NCBI RefSeq assembly: GCF_963921235.1
Contig: NC_086097.1
Coordinates: forward strand, 77,502,001-77,566,000
Direction of reading: 5' to 3'
Length of the DNA stretch: 64,000 nt
Source of the DNA: Mobula hypostoma
Lineage: Eukaryota
Part shown: one piece after another, positions 11,081-25,106 of the stretch
Layout: each line of letters opens with the position of its first letter
Numbering within the stretch: the first letter of the stretch is position 1
The notes under the pieces: generated by a model
Databases searched by the model: none
What the model saw: only the letters and a program-made list of their open reading frames with translations
Told to the model about the DNA's origin: nothing
Translations under genes and position numbers: made by a program

Positions 11081-12289
11081 TTGATAATTAAAGTGCTTTA
11101 GTGTCATTAGTTGTTGTACACTCATAATTGGGGCATCATTTGCATCTACCCAAAGAGGGTAAAGAGAATTTCAGTTTAAAGTCCCATCTAATACATACCA
11201 CTTACAATGTTATAGCGCCATTCAATACTGTAGGAGATTGTTGGCTGAAATTATGCAGATCAATCCTGGTGAAGGACATGCTGGTCTGAATCAGTGGGGA
11301 TAGCACAACTGCTGAGGCAGGAATAGCAGTCAAAATTTCCCCAGAACAAATTGTTAAGCAAAAAAGAAACCATAATCATACGTAACTCAGTATATGCAAA
11401 AATGACAAGATCTGACACTAATCAATCAATCAATCCAGTTTTACGAATTTTACAGCCATTTTAGCAAGAACTACCATTTAATTCAATTGTTTCTCTGCTA
11501 CATTCCTTTGGACATCAGACACTTCGAAAACATTTTCAATTGAAATTGCGACTGATATCCCAACAGTTGGTTTTATATCCACAATCAGTAGCAGAGCTCC
11601 CGAAAAATTTGCTTAATTATTATGGAACAGGGGATCATAAATCTGCAACCTGGAATCTGGCTCCAGAGAGTAAATTGCATGGAATAAGGCCAATTCTACA
11701 GCTGTCTGCTTGGTCCCAGAGCCAATGAAAATTTTAGGTCTGGCCAAAATTATCTCGTTGGCTCCAGTTTTCTCACCTTGAGTTACGTTCTGGAAGGTAT
11801 CTGAAACATTGGCTCTGATTGCAAAAGAAGGTAAGATATGCAGACAACCTTTTGATTCAATGCATTAACATGGGCAAAAGTAAGAATTAATAATGACCTT
11901 GAAGGTAAAAGGAGCAATGCATAAAATGTTATTTTCAGCCTCTCCTATATGATTTATAACAACTAGTTAATATAATGCCAAACTCCTAAAAATAGAAGTT
12001 ACTGTGGAAAAGATTATCTTTTGGCATCTTAATAAAGTCATGATTATATTTAACCATAATCGCATGTTTTGAAATTAAGCCACAAGACCTTATTTTATCC
12101 TGTCAGATTTGTCAAAAGTAATGAAGATCCTGCAGAGACTGTATGAAAAAAAGACACAGGCAAATTCTGAAAACACTTTCTAAGCTATAAATGATTAAAA
12201 TCTGATCTTTTAATGGATGAATATTGCAATTTATCATTTCCCTTTCAAAAATGTTGGTTTTAATTTATGTTACCTTGGTTACCTTAGAA

Positions 12290-12975
12290 CATATGAATGA
12301 AAAGCAGAAGCAGACTTTTTGGAGCCCCAACTCACTTCAACCATTTAACAAATCAATAGCTTATTTGATGGTAATTTCAACTCCACATTTCCATCCACCT
12401 GTGGTAACTTTTCACTCCTTTACTTATCAATAATAGGTCCACCATAAGAATGTTCAAAGACTTTACTTCCACCAGCTTTAGAGGAAGGAGTTTCCAAAGA
12501 CTTATAAACTTCTGAGAGAAAACATTTTGCCTCATCTCTGTTTTAAATGGTGTTTGCTTTATTTTAAAGTAGATACACCTAGCTTCAGATTCTCTCTCAA
12601 GAGGAATATCCACTTTACATCTGCATCTTCAGGATGCTGTATCCTTCAATCAAGTCATCTTTTACTTTTCTGAACTTTTGTCAGCACAGCTTGGATCTGC
12701 AAAACCTCATCTCATAAAACAATCTGTCCATCCCAGGTATTAGTCCGGCAAATCTTCTCTGAACTATTTCTATTGCAATTACATCTGTCCTTAAATTAGA
12801 AGATGATATTGTACGTAGTGCTCCAGATATGGCCCCACCAATGCTTATATAACCAGTGTAGATATTCAATATTCACAATAATCATTATATTGGTTTCCCT
12901 ATTGGTTGTGCTTGTGCACTGATCTTACATGAATAAGCACTTGGACACCAGATCACTTTGCATCTCAAACCCCTG
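12290..12975 (-). mobile_element. Old CR1 LINE 3' fragment
   Basis: Minus ORFs PFKTEMRQNVFSQK...LW and EIVQRRFAGLIPGM. Confidence 0.8.
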
Positions 12976-13010
12976 GAATGGATGGTTTTACCTCCTGCTT
13001 TATCTCATGC

Positions 13011-13045
13011 CTGCTGCGTTCACCAGCAACTTTGATTTGTGTTGC
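13011..13045 (+). mobile_element. 35-bp Penelope-derived micro-insertion
   Basis: ctgctgcgttcaccagcaactttgatttgtgttgc, nearly identical to 26327-26361, between direct repeats ttatctcatgc (13000-13010 / 13046-13056). Confidence 0.75.
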
Positions 13046-14391
13046 TTATCTCATGCTGTTTTCTTTTCTGCACCTTTCTGATCAATACTTCTTTCAAACT
13101 TAGTCTCACTTGTTCAGCTGAGAAGGCGGTCAACACGTGAACTGGGCTTCTGGGTAAGGTAGACATGTTGGCCTACTGAGTTCCTTCAGCATTTTGAGTG
13201 TGTTATTTTGGATTTCTGGCATCTGCAGATTTTCTGTATCTGGGTAAAGTGGTAGAAGATGGAATAAACTGAAAACACTTTAGAAGTAGCAGAGATAGGA
13301 GTTATTCCAGATGGACGAGGGGCTAAAAGATAACTTTTATTCAGCAGGACATTCTGATTATTTGATTTATTGTCACTGATAATCTGGTGCAAAGAATATT
13401 TTACATTCTAGTGACACCTCCAAAGGTACAACGTTTTTCAGGAAATCACTTCCTGTTCTTTTTCAGAATATCTTTTATTTCTGTTCCTCTCATCACTTCA
13501 CTGATATATGGAAACAATTCCTGATAGTTTAATGAATGGGATTACCAATGCTGCTCTCTACCACAAACAATCCAACCATTGTCAGCAGTGTGTTCTGAAA
13601 GTCTATCATTAGTTAATTCTCATGATGTTAGAAGTATCTTTTACATGTCCTTTCTTGTACACTTTCCCCTAATTTTCTCTGGTAACCGGCTATCAAGCTA
13701 AACATTAACTCTGATTTTCTCTCCATAGATTCTGTCTAACACACTGAATACTTCCCGTATCTTCTTTTTTTCATTACTCTTTATGCTAAAGTGGCTTGCC
13801 TCCTTGTCTTTTGTGAATATGTACCTGGACACCAAATCCTTTTGCATCTCAGATTTCTAGAAAATAGCTTAAACTGAACTTTAAGTGTCCAGCCATGAAC
13901 AAATGGATACTTCGCCTTAGGTTCTAAGGGACAGCTTGCAGGACTCAATATAGTATTCACCACGTTTATTCTTTATATCTGTCTATATCAGAACTGTCTG
14001 TTTCTGTCTGTCACCATTTTAGCTCAATGATTGTGGAATTCTACGGCAGACCACAAATTAAACTCAAAACCTCCTCAGTGTGATCTGGGTCACAGGTCAA
14101 TCGTCCACTCCATCAGTCTACATGCATTCTTAGTGTTCCAAGGGCCTCACGTGTGAGATGCAAACTGAAGTTAGGAACTGTATGATGAAAATGGAGCCTT
14201 TGCTGTCTGGTAGATCCTGGGCTGAGTTAACATATGGTGCACTGCAGAAGAAATTGGAATCACATTCTCCAAGTACTGTCTCACAACAGATATGTTTTGC
14301 AGTAGATCTTGGGGTTCATTTTCAATGTCTGCAGTGTGATGTGGGTGTAATTGTGAAATCTTATACCAGTGGAAACTTACACTGTCTGTGA

Positions 14392-15435
14392 AACTCTCTC
14401 CTCTACAATCACTCTGAGCACCGGTGCCCCACAAGGCTGTGTACTCAGCCCCCTGCTGTACTCACTGTACACCCATGATTGTGTAGCCAAGTTTCCATCA
14501 AACTCAACATATAAGTTTGCTGATGACACCACAATTGTACGCCGTATCTCAGGTAATGATGAGTTTGAGTACAGAGAGGAAATTAAGAACTTGGTGGCAT
14601 GGTGCAAAGAAAATAACCTATCCCTCAACATCAGCAAGACGAAGGAATTGGTTGTTCACTTCAGAAGGAGTAGCGGACCACACGACCCAATTTACATCGG
14701 TGATGCGCAAGTGGAACAGGTCAAAAGCTTTAAGTTCCTCAGGGTCAGTATCACAAATGACCTGACTTAGTCCATCCAAGCAGAGTCCACTTCCAAAAAG
14801 GCCCACCAGCACCTTTACTTCCTGAGAAAGCTAAAGAAACTTGGCCTGTCCCCTAAAACCCGCACTAATTTTTATAGATGCACCGTAGAAAGCATTCTTC
14901 TAGGGTACATCACAACCTGGTATGGAAGTTGTCCTGTCCAAGACCAGAAGAAGCTACAGAAGATCGTGAACACAGCCTAGCACATCACACAAACCAATCT
15001 TCCATCCTTGGGCTCACTTTACACCGCACGCTGTCGGAGCAGTGCTGCCAGGATAATCAAGGACATGACCCACCCAGCCAACATACTTTTTGTCCCTCTT
15101 CCCTCCAGGAGAAGGCTCAGGAGCTTGAAGACTCGTGTGGCCAGATTTGGGAACAGCTTCTTTCCAACTGTGATAAGACTGCTGAACGGATCCTGACCCG
15201 GATCTGGGATGTACCCTCCAAATATCTGGACCTGCTTCTCGGTTTTTTTGCGTTACCTTACGTTCCTTTTTCTATTTTCTATTTATGATTTATAATTTAA
15301 ACTTTTAGTATTTACTATCAGTTTGTACTCCAGGGAGCGTGAAACGCAGAATCAAATATCGCTGTGATGACTGTATGGTCTAGTATCAATTCTTTGGTGA
15401 CAATAAAGTAAAGTGAAGTAAAGTAAAGTAAAAAA
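14392..15435 (+). mobile_element. Rex1/Babar LINE, 5'-truncated
   Basis: TGAPQGCVLSPLLYSLYTHDC...KFADDTT, with premature stops. The C-terminus is SFFPTVIRLLN, followed by aataaa and a (gtaaa)n tail. Confidence 0.92.
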
Positions 15436-17644
15436 ACTGCATGCCAACACTGCCTGACAGTTTGTGTTGTAGAAGCCTCTGATAATATACACGGCTGGTA
15501 CCATACCCACCTGCAATCACCCACCCCTGTCTGCCATCTTATGATTGTTTGAACTTGTTTTGAGAGTTTAAGAAAGAAGGAGATGGATAAAGGAAGAAAC
15601 TTGAAGCTATTTATTTAAATTTGCTCACTGGCCTCTCCCAGCAATAATGTGAAAGGCTTTTTGGATCGTTGTTGCAGGAACAGAAAATACTGAAATACCC
15701 AATCTCCCTGACCTCCTGAGTAGCCCTAGGGTTGTCATTTTTCCTTCTGGATTTTCAGTATCTACATTTCCTTTACTTTCTGTTTGTTGTGTTCACTGTT
15801 CACTGGAAGAATGGAGCATGTTACAGGAAGAAGTGGAAATGTGGAGGCAAATGTCAGAGGATATAGCTTTGCTGTTTACAAATGTGGAAAAATAACTTGA
15901 AGATTTTTTTTGGTAACTCAAGGTCTGGACTTGTTATTGTCTGGACTGCAACCTTTCAGATTTCACTGTGTGCAACTTTTGATAGTGATCAATTCACTGT
16001 TATGAAATTGGAGTGTGCCTGTAACGACATGAAGGAGATCGTGTGATTTGAGCTGCATCCATCATCCTCATTGTTTCCTGTCCTGGGATGAATTTGCTAT
16101 GAAATATTTCTATTTATCTGGTCTAGAATCCAGTTTTTCAATTTTTGGTTTGTGGCAAACAGTAAATCACTGCATTCTTCCGAGCTATGTTCTTTCCGAA
16201 GGAACGAGAGTTTGACCACACTCGCCACAGTTATCAGGTTCTGTGTTCTTTGTGTTCAGAATTGGAACATTTTTATGAATCTCTATTCCTTCATAAAAAC
16301 TCTCCACATTTCAGCACAGTCACTACTGCAAAGCCAAATGTGGTGGGCTGCTGTCCTTCCGTTTTCAGCCCTCTCTGTGTTTTCTATCCATAATTATTAC
16401 TCTCACAAACTTTGACACATCTTGTTATCCCCAACTCCACCTCCATAAGTATGTAAATATAAACCAAATTCCAATAACCCAAATTTAATGAGTTTCAAAT
16501 CATTGAAATCTGATGATGTACAGTCAATTACGTTTAAGGATTACTACTCTGTAAACTACTGACACAGTTCGACAAAGAAAGGAACTAGACTGAGAATATT
16601 ACATAATGGAGAAGATTTGAAGTTGATTTGAGTGACATGAATCTTAATGAGCACCTACTACAGTGTTTTCCTAGGTGGTATCTATTACAAGGCAGAATAA
16701 TGACAGGGCAATGACAATTACAATAATATATTTCATAAACAGTGGTAATGCACTAAATGAGCTCTCTTACTACATACAACTGGATTATTCTTGCTTTTAT
16801 TAAGCATATAATGATAAATATTATTGTCTGTAATTAAGCACACACTTAATAACTTCAATTTGGAGCTTTAACCCCAAAGGCTATGCACATTAACAGGGAG
16901 ACGTTGACTTATTTTACTGATATATTGTTACCAATGGCCATATGTCAGCAATTAAGGTTCCCTTTTTTGTGCTTATGCACAAATAACTACCCTTTGTAGA
17001 TACAAACTATCACAAAACTGTGGCCAAGATGTCCAAGTTATAACTTTCAAGATGGTGTTTCATCTTCTTGCCTGGATATTTCTTGATTCTGTCTCTGTTG
17101 CAGGGATGAACACACCACTGCTGGGATCAGTCCCAATTGTGAAGTTGCTGCTTAAATGAATATAAAGATAAAGCAATGACCATGCGGTTTGATTAAGTCT
17201 TTACAAACACCACAGCATGCCATGAAGCCTAATAACTCCAGACACTGTGTAATTAAGCACAATGGAAGTGCAGCTTATTAATAAACATCTTCTGATTTCA
17301 TTTATGCTAATTTTTAAACTGTTATTTAAGTACATCCTATCAAAATATGTCAACGTTTGTTTTTGATGGTCAGTTGATGAATTTCACAGAGCTGTTAATT
17401 TTTGATACAATCCTAGTAGGTGTGCAGTAGAAGAGATAAATCCTATATTCCCATTCACTAAATGCAAGCCACAACAAAGCCATTCTCACATTCCACACTC
17501 ATTCTTTATGATCTACTTAAAATCGTTCTCTACTTAAGCACTATTAAGACACTTTATGGATTTGGTCAAATGGAAACCTGTATTCCATGGCATTTATGTA
17601 ATGGATAAATGTTACATGATGTGAACTAGGACCTGTGGACAGCT

Positions 17645-17960
17645 GGGTGGCAGAGCTAGTAGAGCCAGTACCTTGCAGTGCTGGACACCTAGGTTCAATT
17701 CCAGCCCAGGGAGCTGTCTGAGTGGAGTATGAATATTTCTGCTGTGTTCATGTGGGTTTCTTCCAAGTGCTCCAGTTTCCTTAACGTCACAAGGATACCA
17801 GGTCATTGTAAATTGCCTCTAACATGTAACTGAGTGATACGATCAGAGCAGAGTTGATAACATTGTGTTAGAATAAAATGGAAATAATGTTGCAATTGGT
17901 TGGTGATAGTTGGTGTGGATTTGATGGACTGAAGAGCCTGCTTTGATTCTCTATTTCTCC
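17645..17960 (+). mobile_element. tRNA-derived V-SINE/HE1-like SINE
   Basis: B-box ggttcaattcc, V-domain gtgggtttcttccaagtgctccagtttcc, and a CR1-like 3' end. Confidence 0.7.
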
Positions 17961-19084
17961 AAAACTCGATGTCATAACACGACTAATTGTCTGATTCACA
18001 TGTGGTTCTGACTGGAGGCCATTTAAAGCATGAACTCGGTTTTCTGGTACACAAATGCTGCCTGACCCATAGTGAAGTTCAAATGCTTTTGGGTTGAACA
18101 CTCACAGTGTGTAAACTGACAAACTCATTTCATAGTGTGAACATGATAAAAGTTAGCATTTCAAATGCTACGATGCTGCAGACACTCACTGTATTAACAC
18201 GTGGCTTTGTTTTCTTTTATTGAGCAGACCATTATCTTAGCAATAAACCATCAGTGTATAATATTGGTAAAAAAATTAAAACATTTTGGACATTCTTTGT
18301 GAATATTAAACCATGATTTAAGAGTTAACAAGAGTGACAATGAATTTGCAGTGCCTGTATCCTGATCAGTATTTTAATTTCTATTGGAGAAGAACTCCAC
18401 TGCAGTTGGTTTCCTCTCAATGTTGCAGGGTCATGTTTTACTGTAAACATTTAGTAACAGAGGAGGAGAGTTGGTCAAGGAAACGTTTTGCCATGATTTA
18501 TATAGGGAGGGGGTCTCCAAAATGGAAGGCACACAGCACACATTAAAAACTAAGATAGAGACACATTTATAAGAAGCGAAGTCATTAGAGCCAGCATAAG
18601 GCAATAATTCAATGCCCAGGTTCAGTGATGTTCATGAAATGCTCAAGTTACACTCAAGTAGTCTATGATGTCTGAAGTTAAAATGAATAATTGCCTTGTA
18701 ATGTACTAAAGCTTTTACTTGTATTGATATATTATGTGATAAAATCAAAGCATTTTGGGCAAGAATCAACGATGGCATCAAACACCACTTCATTGAGGTT
18801 AACAATTAGAATAGGAGCGATTTTAATGCTATCGTTGAACACCTGGACCCATCAACCTGACAGCTTTGGCACGAGCACATGGCAAACAATCTGCGAACAT
18901 AGGCTTCACTATTAATTTTGTTTTAGTAACGCAGCAGAGTTATATTTCATTTTATTGCTCTTCTTGAGTGGAAGTTTGGAACCCTTTTGATTTAGCTAAA
19001 TTACTGTCAAGGAACTTGTTGTTGAAGAAGGTCTTTTGTTAAGGTTCTGGCCCAGCTGCAGTGACAACATTTCATGAGTTCCAG

Positions 19085-19435
19085 CACCAGCCTCAGGGAC
19101 AGTTATATTCCCTTAACTGTCAGGTTCTTGAACCAAAGGGGATAACGTCACTCAACATCACTTGGCCCCATTACTGAAATGTTTCCACAACCTATGCACT
19201 CACTTTCAAGGACTCTTCATTTCACGTTCTCTATATTTATTACTCTATTTATTTATTCTTTCCTTTTGTATTTGTACAGCTTGTTATCACTTGCACACTG
19301 GTCGAACACCCAGGTTGGTATGGTCGTTCATTGATTCTATTATAGATTTATTGAGTATGTTTGCAAGAAAATGAGTCTCAGAGTTGTGTACGGTGAGTCT
19401 GTGCATTTTGATAATAAATTTACTTAGAACTTTTG
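19085..19435 (+). mobile_element. Rex1/Babar-related 3' UTR fragment
   Basis: caccagcctcagggacagtta...tcaggttcttgaacc, ending gataataaatttacttagaacttt. Confidence 0.55.
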
Positions 19436-19564
19436 AGCATCACCAAGAGAGGCTCTACAGCTGCAAGGTGAGTGTGTCAGCAGTATCTTGGAAGACATGA
19501 CAACTAAGTCCTCTGCCAGCCTCCTCCTATTTGCATTTTCACCTGGACTGATGGAATGGTTTTC

Positions 19565-20075
19565 AGAGTCAGGGGAAAATACAGCACAGAAAAAGGCCAT
19601 TTGGCCCATCTAATCTGTGCCAAACTATTTAAACATCCTACTCCCATTCATTCGCACTGGAATCAAAGCCTTACATACCCCTACCATCTCTGTAAGTATC
19701 TAAACTTCTTTTAAACGTTGAAATCAAGCTCACATGCACCACTTGCACTGGCAGCTTGTTCCACACTCTCGTGACCCTCTAAGTGAAGAAGTTTCCCCTC
19801 ATATTCCCTTAAACTTTTTACCTCTCACCCTTAACCCATGACCCCTCATTGTAGTTCTACTCAACCTCAGTGGAACAAGTCTACTTGTATTTACCCTATC
19901 AATGCTCCTCATATTTTTATATACCTCTGTCAAATCACCCCTCAATCTTCTATGTTCCAAGGTATAAAGTCCTAACCTATTTAATCTTTCTTTATAACTC
20001 AGGTCCTCCAGTCTCAGCAATATCCTTGTAAACTTTCTCTGTACTCTTTCAAACTTATTTACATCTATCCTGTAG
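19565..20075 (-). mobile_element. CR1 LINE 3' end
   Basis: Minus ORF LEDLSYKERLNRLGLYTLEHRRLRGDL plus a CR1 3' UTR. Confidence 0.88.
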
Positions 20076-20894
20076 TGAAAACCTGGCAGCTTTCTCCTGA
20101 CTACACCGCAATTCCAAAAGTTAGCTATTAGGCTCCAAGTTCAGCTGAGGTTAACCAAGAAACCGATAGTTCAGATCCAGGGTATTGCTAGAATTTCATG
20201 GACTCCAATTAGTGCAGGAAAAGCTGAAAATTACTTGTTTATAGTTTACACTTTTACTTTTTCATATCACTTTCCAAATCAATGGTTAATACATAACTTT
20301 CACTAGAATTGTTCAATCATCTTGTCTGGTACATTGTAAAATGTCCTTCTGAAACCTTCCTCAGAGCTTTGCATAACAGATTTACTCAGCATGGCCTCTT
20401 ATCCCAAGCTTCAACTGAATGTGAAGCTGTTGAGTTAGACTGCTGGGGGAAAATAAGTCAAGTTAAGCCAATTGACAGAAGTACACTCACATTTCACCGA
20501 AAACCTAACCTGAACTCCAATGCTGGCACATTTTTATAACAAAGCTTCTCCAGCTTGGCTACCAACGTTGGTGATTGAGAACAAGGCTATATACTTAACC
20601 ACAACAACATTTCATCTATTATGCTGTCAGCTTGGATACTAAATATTAATTGCAGGGCTAACTCCTACCACTGCCTAAATGGGATTCAATTTCTCACCTC
20701 TGATGGTGATAGTTCAGTTTAATTACTCACAGATGTTCACATTAGCAATTCTGAAGTAATTCATACAGCTCTTAAAGGAACAGTTGACTTAAACCTTATT
20801 TTGAGTGGCAGAGTTGACAAAACTGGATATTGATACCTTTGCAGTTTCAGAGCAATTAAACTTCTTTTAGCAATGCAAAATAGTTCTGCAAAAT

Positions 20895-21015
20895 TTCTGA
20901 GTTATAAGGAAAGATTAAATAGATTAGGACTATACCTTGGAACATAGAAGATTGAGGGATGATTTGACAGAGGTATACAAAAATATGAGGGGCATTGATA
21001 GGGTAAACACAAGTA
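20895..21015 (+). mobile_element. Short CR1 fragment
   Basis: ctgagttataaggaaagattaaatagattaggact... is near-identical to the inverted copy at 19880-20000. Confidence 0.75.
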
Positions 21016-21509
21016 GGGTAAATACAAATAATATCCCATTAATAAACTGAAGAAATGCTGGACTTTGAAATGAATTCTCTTCAGTTTAATGTATATAAAA
21101 TGTGAGACGATTCATCCAATCTGGTCAATCCCAATAATGATGCTCAAATGACACAAGCAGGTTAAATGAGCCTGCCTTCAGTTGACTACTATTTTTCCCC
21201 TTGAGATAAATTTGGGAGATGTGTGTCAAGGTTGTGGATCCTTTGAAAGGTTTTATGTGAAGGATGTGGATAGATGCTGTGGGTTTGCTGAAGGATTGTT
21301 TAGGGTAACAGTTCTCAATGTGAAGCATGGTGGATGGTACGGCTGCAATTCAGCTGGGACTTGACTTTTCTCTTTTTTTTCGCTTTGTGGTATGAGTTAG
21401 AGGCCACATATTTTCCGGCTCATTCTCAAATGGTTCAAGGTAGACCAAGTTTTCCAAGGAAAGCTATTACCTGGATTTTCCGCACTTGGATGTATTCACA
21501 AGAGGGTCA

Positions 21510-21780
21510 GTCAAGAGCAAGGAGATGCAACTACAAAATAAAGGGTGCTCATTTAAAACTGAAGTGTGCAGAAATGTTTCCTCCAAGGGTGGCAGAGGCC
21601 AGATCATTGGATATATTTAAAGACAGGGATAGATAGATATTCAAAAGGTCAAGGCATTGAGAGTTATGGGAATTGGCACAGAAGAAAAGCTGAGGCTTGC
21701 ATAGGTTAACTATAAACACATTGAATAGAAGGCACAGTTAAAGAGGTTGAGTAGTCCATGCTTGCTTCTATTTTCTTGTG
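21510..21780 (+). mobile_element. Old CR1 3' fragment
   Basis: YKIKG..LKLK, VAEARSLDIFK and a CR1 3' UTR. Confidence 0.65.
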
Positions 21781-22012
21781 GATACCATACTTAATCACAA
21801 TTTGTAATCTTGACTTTTATTGAAGAGTTGTGATTTTTTTACAGGGGCACAGGAGTTCAGAGGATATTGACTGTGTTCCAAAGCAGTCTATAGGATTTAG
21901 GTTACTTTTATTGGGGATCTGTAGCCCTCTGTTGCTGGGAGTGCTGCAGTTGCTGCTCACTGATTGAAGTTTTCAGGAAAGGTTTATTTTTGGTGGCTGC
22001 TAGAGGATCACG

Positions 22013-22312
22013 GATCCAGGATCAGCTTTATTCGCCGTATATATTTGCTTGCATGAGGAATTTGCTGTGGTGTGTTGGTCAGGGCACAACATGCAACAAG
22101 AAACAATAATATTCAGCAATTGTAAAGAATAAATAACTATATACAAATACAGTTAAATGTTCAGATACAGTTATGGAATAAAATATGCATAAATACATAA
22201 ATACCAGCATGTAAGCAACAGGATAGAAAGTAGTTTAAAGTGTTTACAGTGCAGTGATGGGTAATAGACAGAGGGGATGGGGATGGGGATGGGGGTGGGG
22301 GTAACTAGAATA
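22013..22312 (-). mobile_element. Rex1/Babar-type 3' UTR fragment
   Basis: Reverse complement ends aaattcctcatg...gcgaataaagctgatcctgatcc. Confidence 0.5.
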
Positions 22313-24834
22313 GAATCACAGGGTACTGGGATGGTTTTCACAACACATGATACCGCAAATGAAAATGGTAGCATCCATGCCAGCCTGTTCAGTGTTCCCT
22401 GTTTCACACCTGAACTAGTTAATCCTCTTCTTCTGGTGAATAATAACTATGATCAGAAGTTCACTGATGTCATTGCGATGTGCCCTGCTCTTCTGAAATG
22501 GAGCAAAATTAGATTAAATAAAATTGAATTTAAAGTAATTTCTGCCAAAACACACCAGGATCACTTGTCAACTAGAGACAGTTCCTCACACCAATCATAG
22601 TTCTGTGCAACACAGCTGATTAACCCTGGGTTTGTGTGATCACCCTTACCTTATCTACTGAGAATTCTGAGAAGAATGTGCCTATGGTGGAATCAAAGCT
22701 GGAGACATGTTCAACCTAGGGGTGGAGGTGGAATATGGGAATGTGGTTGGTTTTGTAGGTAGAAAAGGAGTTTTAAACTGGGGTAAAAGATCATAGAATC
22801 TCAGATATATGGGCACATTTCACAATAAGACATCTGGGCTCTTTAGCGTCATTTTGATTGATTCTGCTGGAAATGTTTAGGTTTGTTGGGTGTAAATCAT
22901 GCAGAAATGTCAAGGCAAAATGTTTTAAATGCACTTATGTGAAACATTAGGATGAAGGCCTGCTTCCTTGATTCCACACATGGAGAACTATTCATGGTGA
23001 TTCCTTAGGGACTGAGAAAGTGTTTCAGACACTGAGGAATGAAGACTATGGCTGAGTCACTTTGGGTCTTTGTCCACATTTCTCAGTCACTGAATCAAGA
23101 GTGATGAGGTTGCTAGGCAGTCTGTCCTTAAATCCAGGGATTACTGAAACAGTGACAGAATATACAATATACTTATGAGCCAGATAGAACAGTGGCACAG
23201 AGACATGACTAATCTCTTGCATACTTCTTCTTTATTTGGCTCTGTGGGTTCTGAGTTGCGTAAAGCAAAGCAACCCAGTCTCATATTCCAATTATTATTG
23301 CTCATTTCCGGCTTGAATTGTGCCAATCCAGAAATTTGACCCCGGTGCACCTGACCTAATTTTTCTGCCACTCATTCATAAGATAGCGTTATTCCCTGTG
23401 CCCGCTGGACTCCCCACCCCCATCCCTCCATACCTAGTGACTTCACTCTGAACCCACCCTGATTCTTCCAATCAAGCTCCCAATCTCTCAGATTAAGCAC
23501 TCAAATCACCAATTGTTCTCCTATCCTCCCGATCTGACTTCCTAAACCCAAATCCCAATCAAGCTACTGATCTCCACATCAAACACGGAAACCAACAATT
23601 TCCACCCCACCCCCTATATTCAATTTATCAAGGGTGATGATGGAGGCCCTGACTTCCATGCTACACCCTCGCCACGTACCCAATTTTTGCCTTCACTATT
23701 AATCACCATCTAACAGCTCCACCTTAACATGGAAACTTATTTAATGCTCAATAGTTTCAAACCCATCAAACCTCCTGGATCAGGGTACCATATTCTTAAG
23801 TGTAAAATCATGGACTGGCCTATTAGGAGAGGCCTCACGTCCTGTGGAAGTTTGCAGAAGTTTTCCATTCAAATTTCTAGGCCATGATTTTGAAACATAA
23901 TGCGTTATTCAGATTTCAATTTCATTAATTTTGAGGAATGCAATTTGCAAAGTATTGACTCTTACTTATGTAGCAAGACACTGTCTTTAGTCCTTCAAAC
24001 ACATCTATTCTCAGCATTCCCAAAATGCATTTCTAATAATACAGATTCTGATTAAATGACTCCAGATTGTTCCCAAAAAAGATGCAATGATTAGTATCTG
24101 CACCCAATATATCCAATCCCACTATATAATTAATAACACAAAATCTTTTTGATTGAATGCCAGTCATTAATCATTATGTTGGAGATATGGATTGCTGTTA
24201 TTCAACTTTCCAGACAGATCCACAGCTGCAGCTCCTTCAGTTAATACCAATAAAAATCCACGGCCAAATTTAACATCCACACTTTTCAAATACAGTTAGT
24301 CACTGTAAAAAGGTTAGAAGTATTGTGCCTCCCGTGACTATAAATCATGAAGTCTTCAGTTTAACAGTCTGGAACCAATCATCATCAGATATAAATTCCA
24401 AAAAGTGTTTGCACTTGGTCCTTTGAAAGCCAAGAATCTCCACACTCAGCATTGGGCACCACAATGAGTGATGCGACGTGAGATATTCATTTTTTAAATT
24501 GTGAATTGTAAGTCAGTCCATTTTATTGACTCTTTTTCCCCTCAATACAAGCAAGAGATGTAGGCTGAAGCATCAATGGTATTGGGGAAAGAGCACCAGA
24601 TTATCGAGTTCACTGCTTAGCTTTTTGCTGACTATTAAATGCCGCGATTGGTGGAAATGTGTTTTCCTGGTATCCTGACCAACAAGACCAACAGCTTATT
24701 TATTTTGTTGTTCTTTGTGGGGATTTTATATACATAATATTAATGTAATTTAATATTAAATATTAATTAAACACTATGTGATGGATAGTCACTGTGCATG
24801 GTCAGGAGGATAAACTCAGCTTTTTAGCCCAGCA

Positions 24835-25106
24835 GAAGCAACTGTAATGCTCTGAGAGGTGGTTTCAATAAGTGCTGAGCAAAGGGGTTTAAATACTTTT
24901 GAACTGCTGACATATCAGTCTTTGAATTGCTAGTTTTTCATGCTTTATAATTTCCTCTGGTTTTTGGGTTCGACCCTTTTGTGGAAAAGGAGCATGTGAT
25001 GTACAAACAAAAATTCTCAGTTAAATTGATCAAAATCTCTGGTTGTAATACTCATTTACAGTATGTGAACAAAGGGCTAGGGGCTGAATACTTTTTAAAG
25101 GCCCTG
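24835..25106 (+). mobile_element. Tc1 transposon right end (IR/DR type)
   Basis: Transposase C-terminal remnant (gtaatgctctgagaggtggtttcaataagtgctga), an inner direct repeat aatactttt, and terminal gggctgaatactttttaaaggccctg followed by TA. Confidence 0.75.

Noticed and set aside
11735..11836. Possible exon (ttttag ... aag|gtaag)
   Set aside because: All three frames contain stops, and there is no other support.
22277..22600. 107-aa ORF starting MGMGMGVGV
   Set aside because: The start lies in a G-rich repeat fragment, with no recognisable domain or splice context.
23400..23700. C-rich strand-biased tract
   Set aside because: It is low complexity, with no clear period, termini or ORF.
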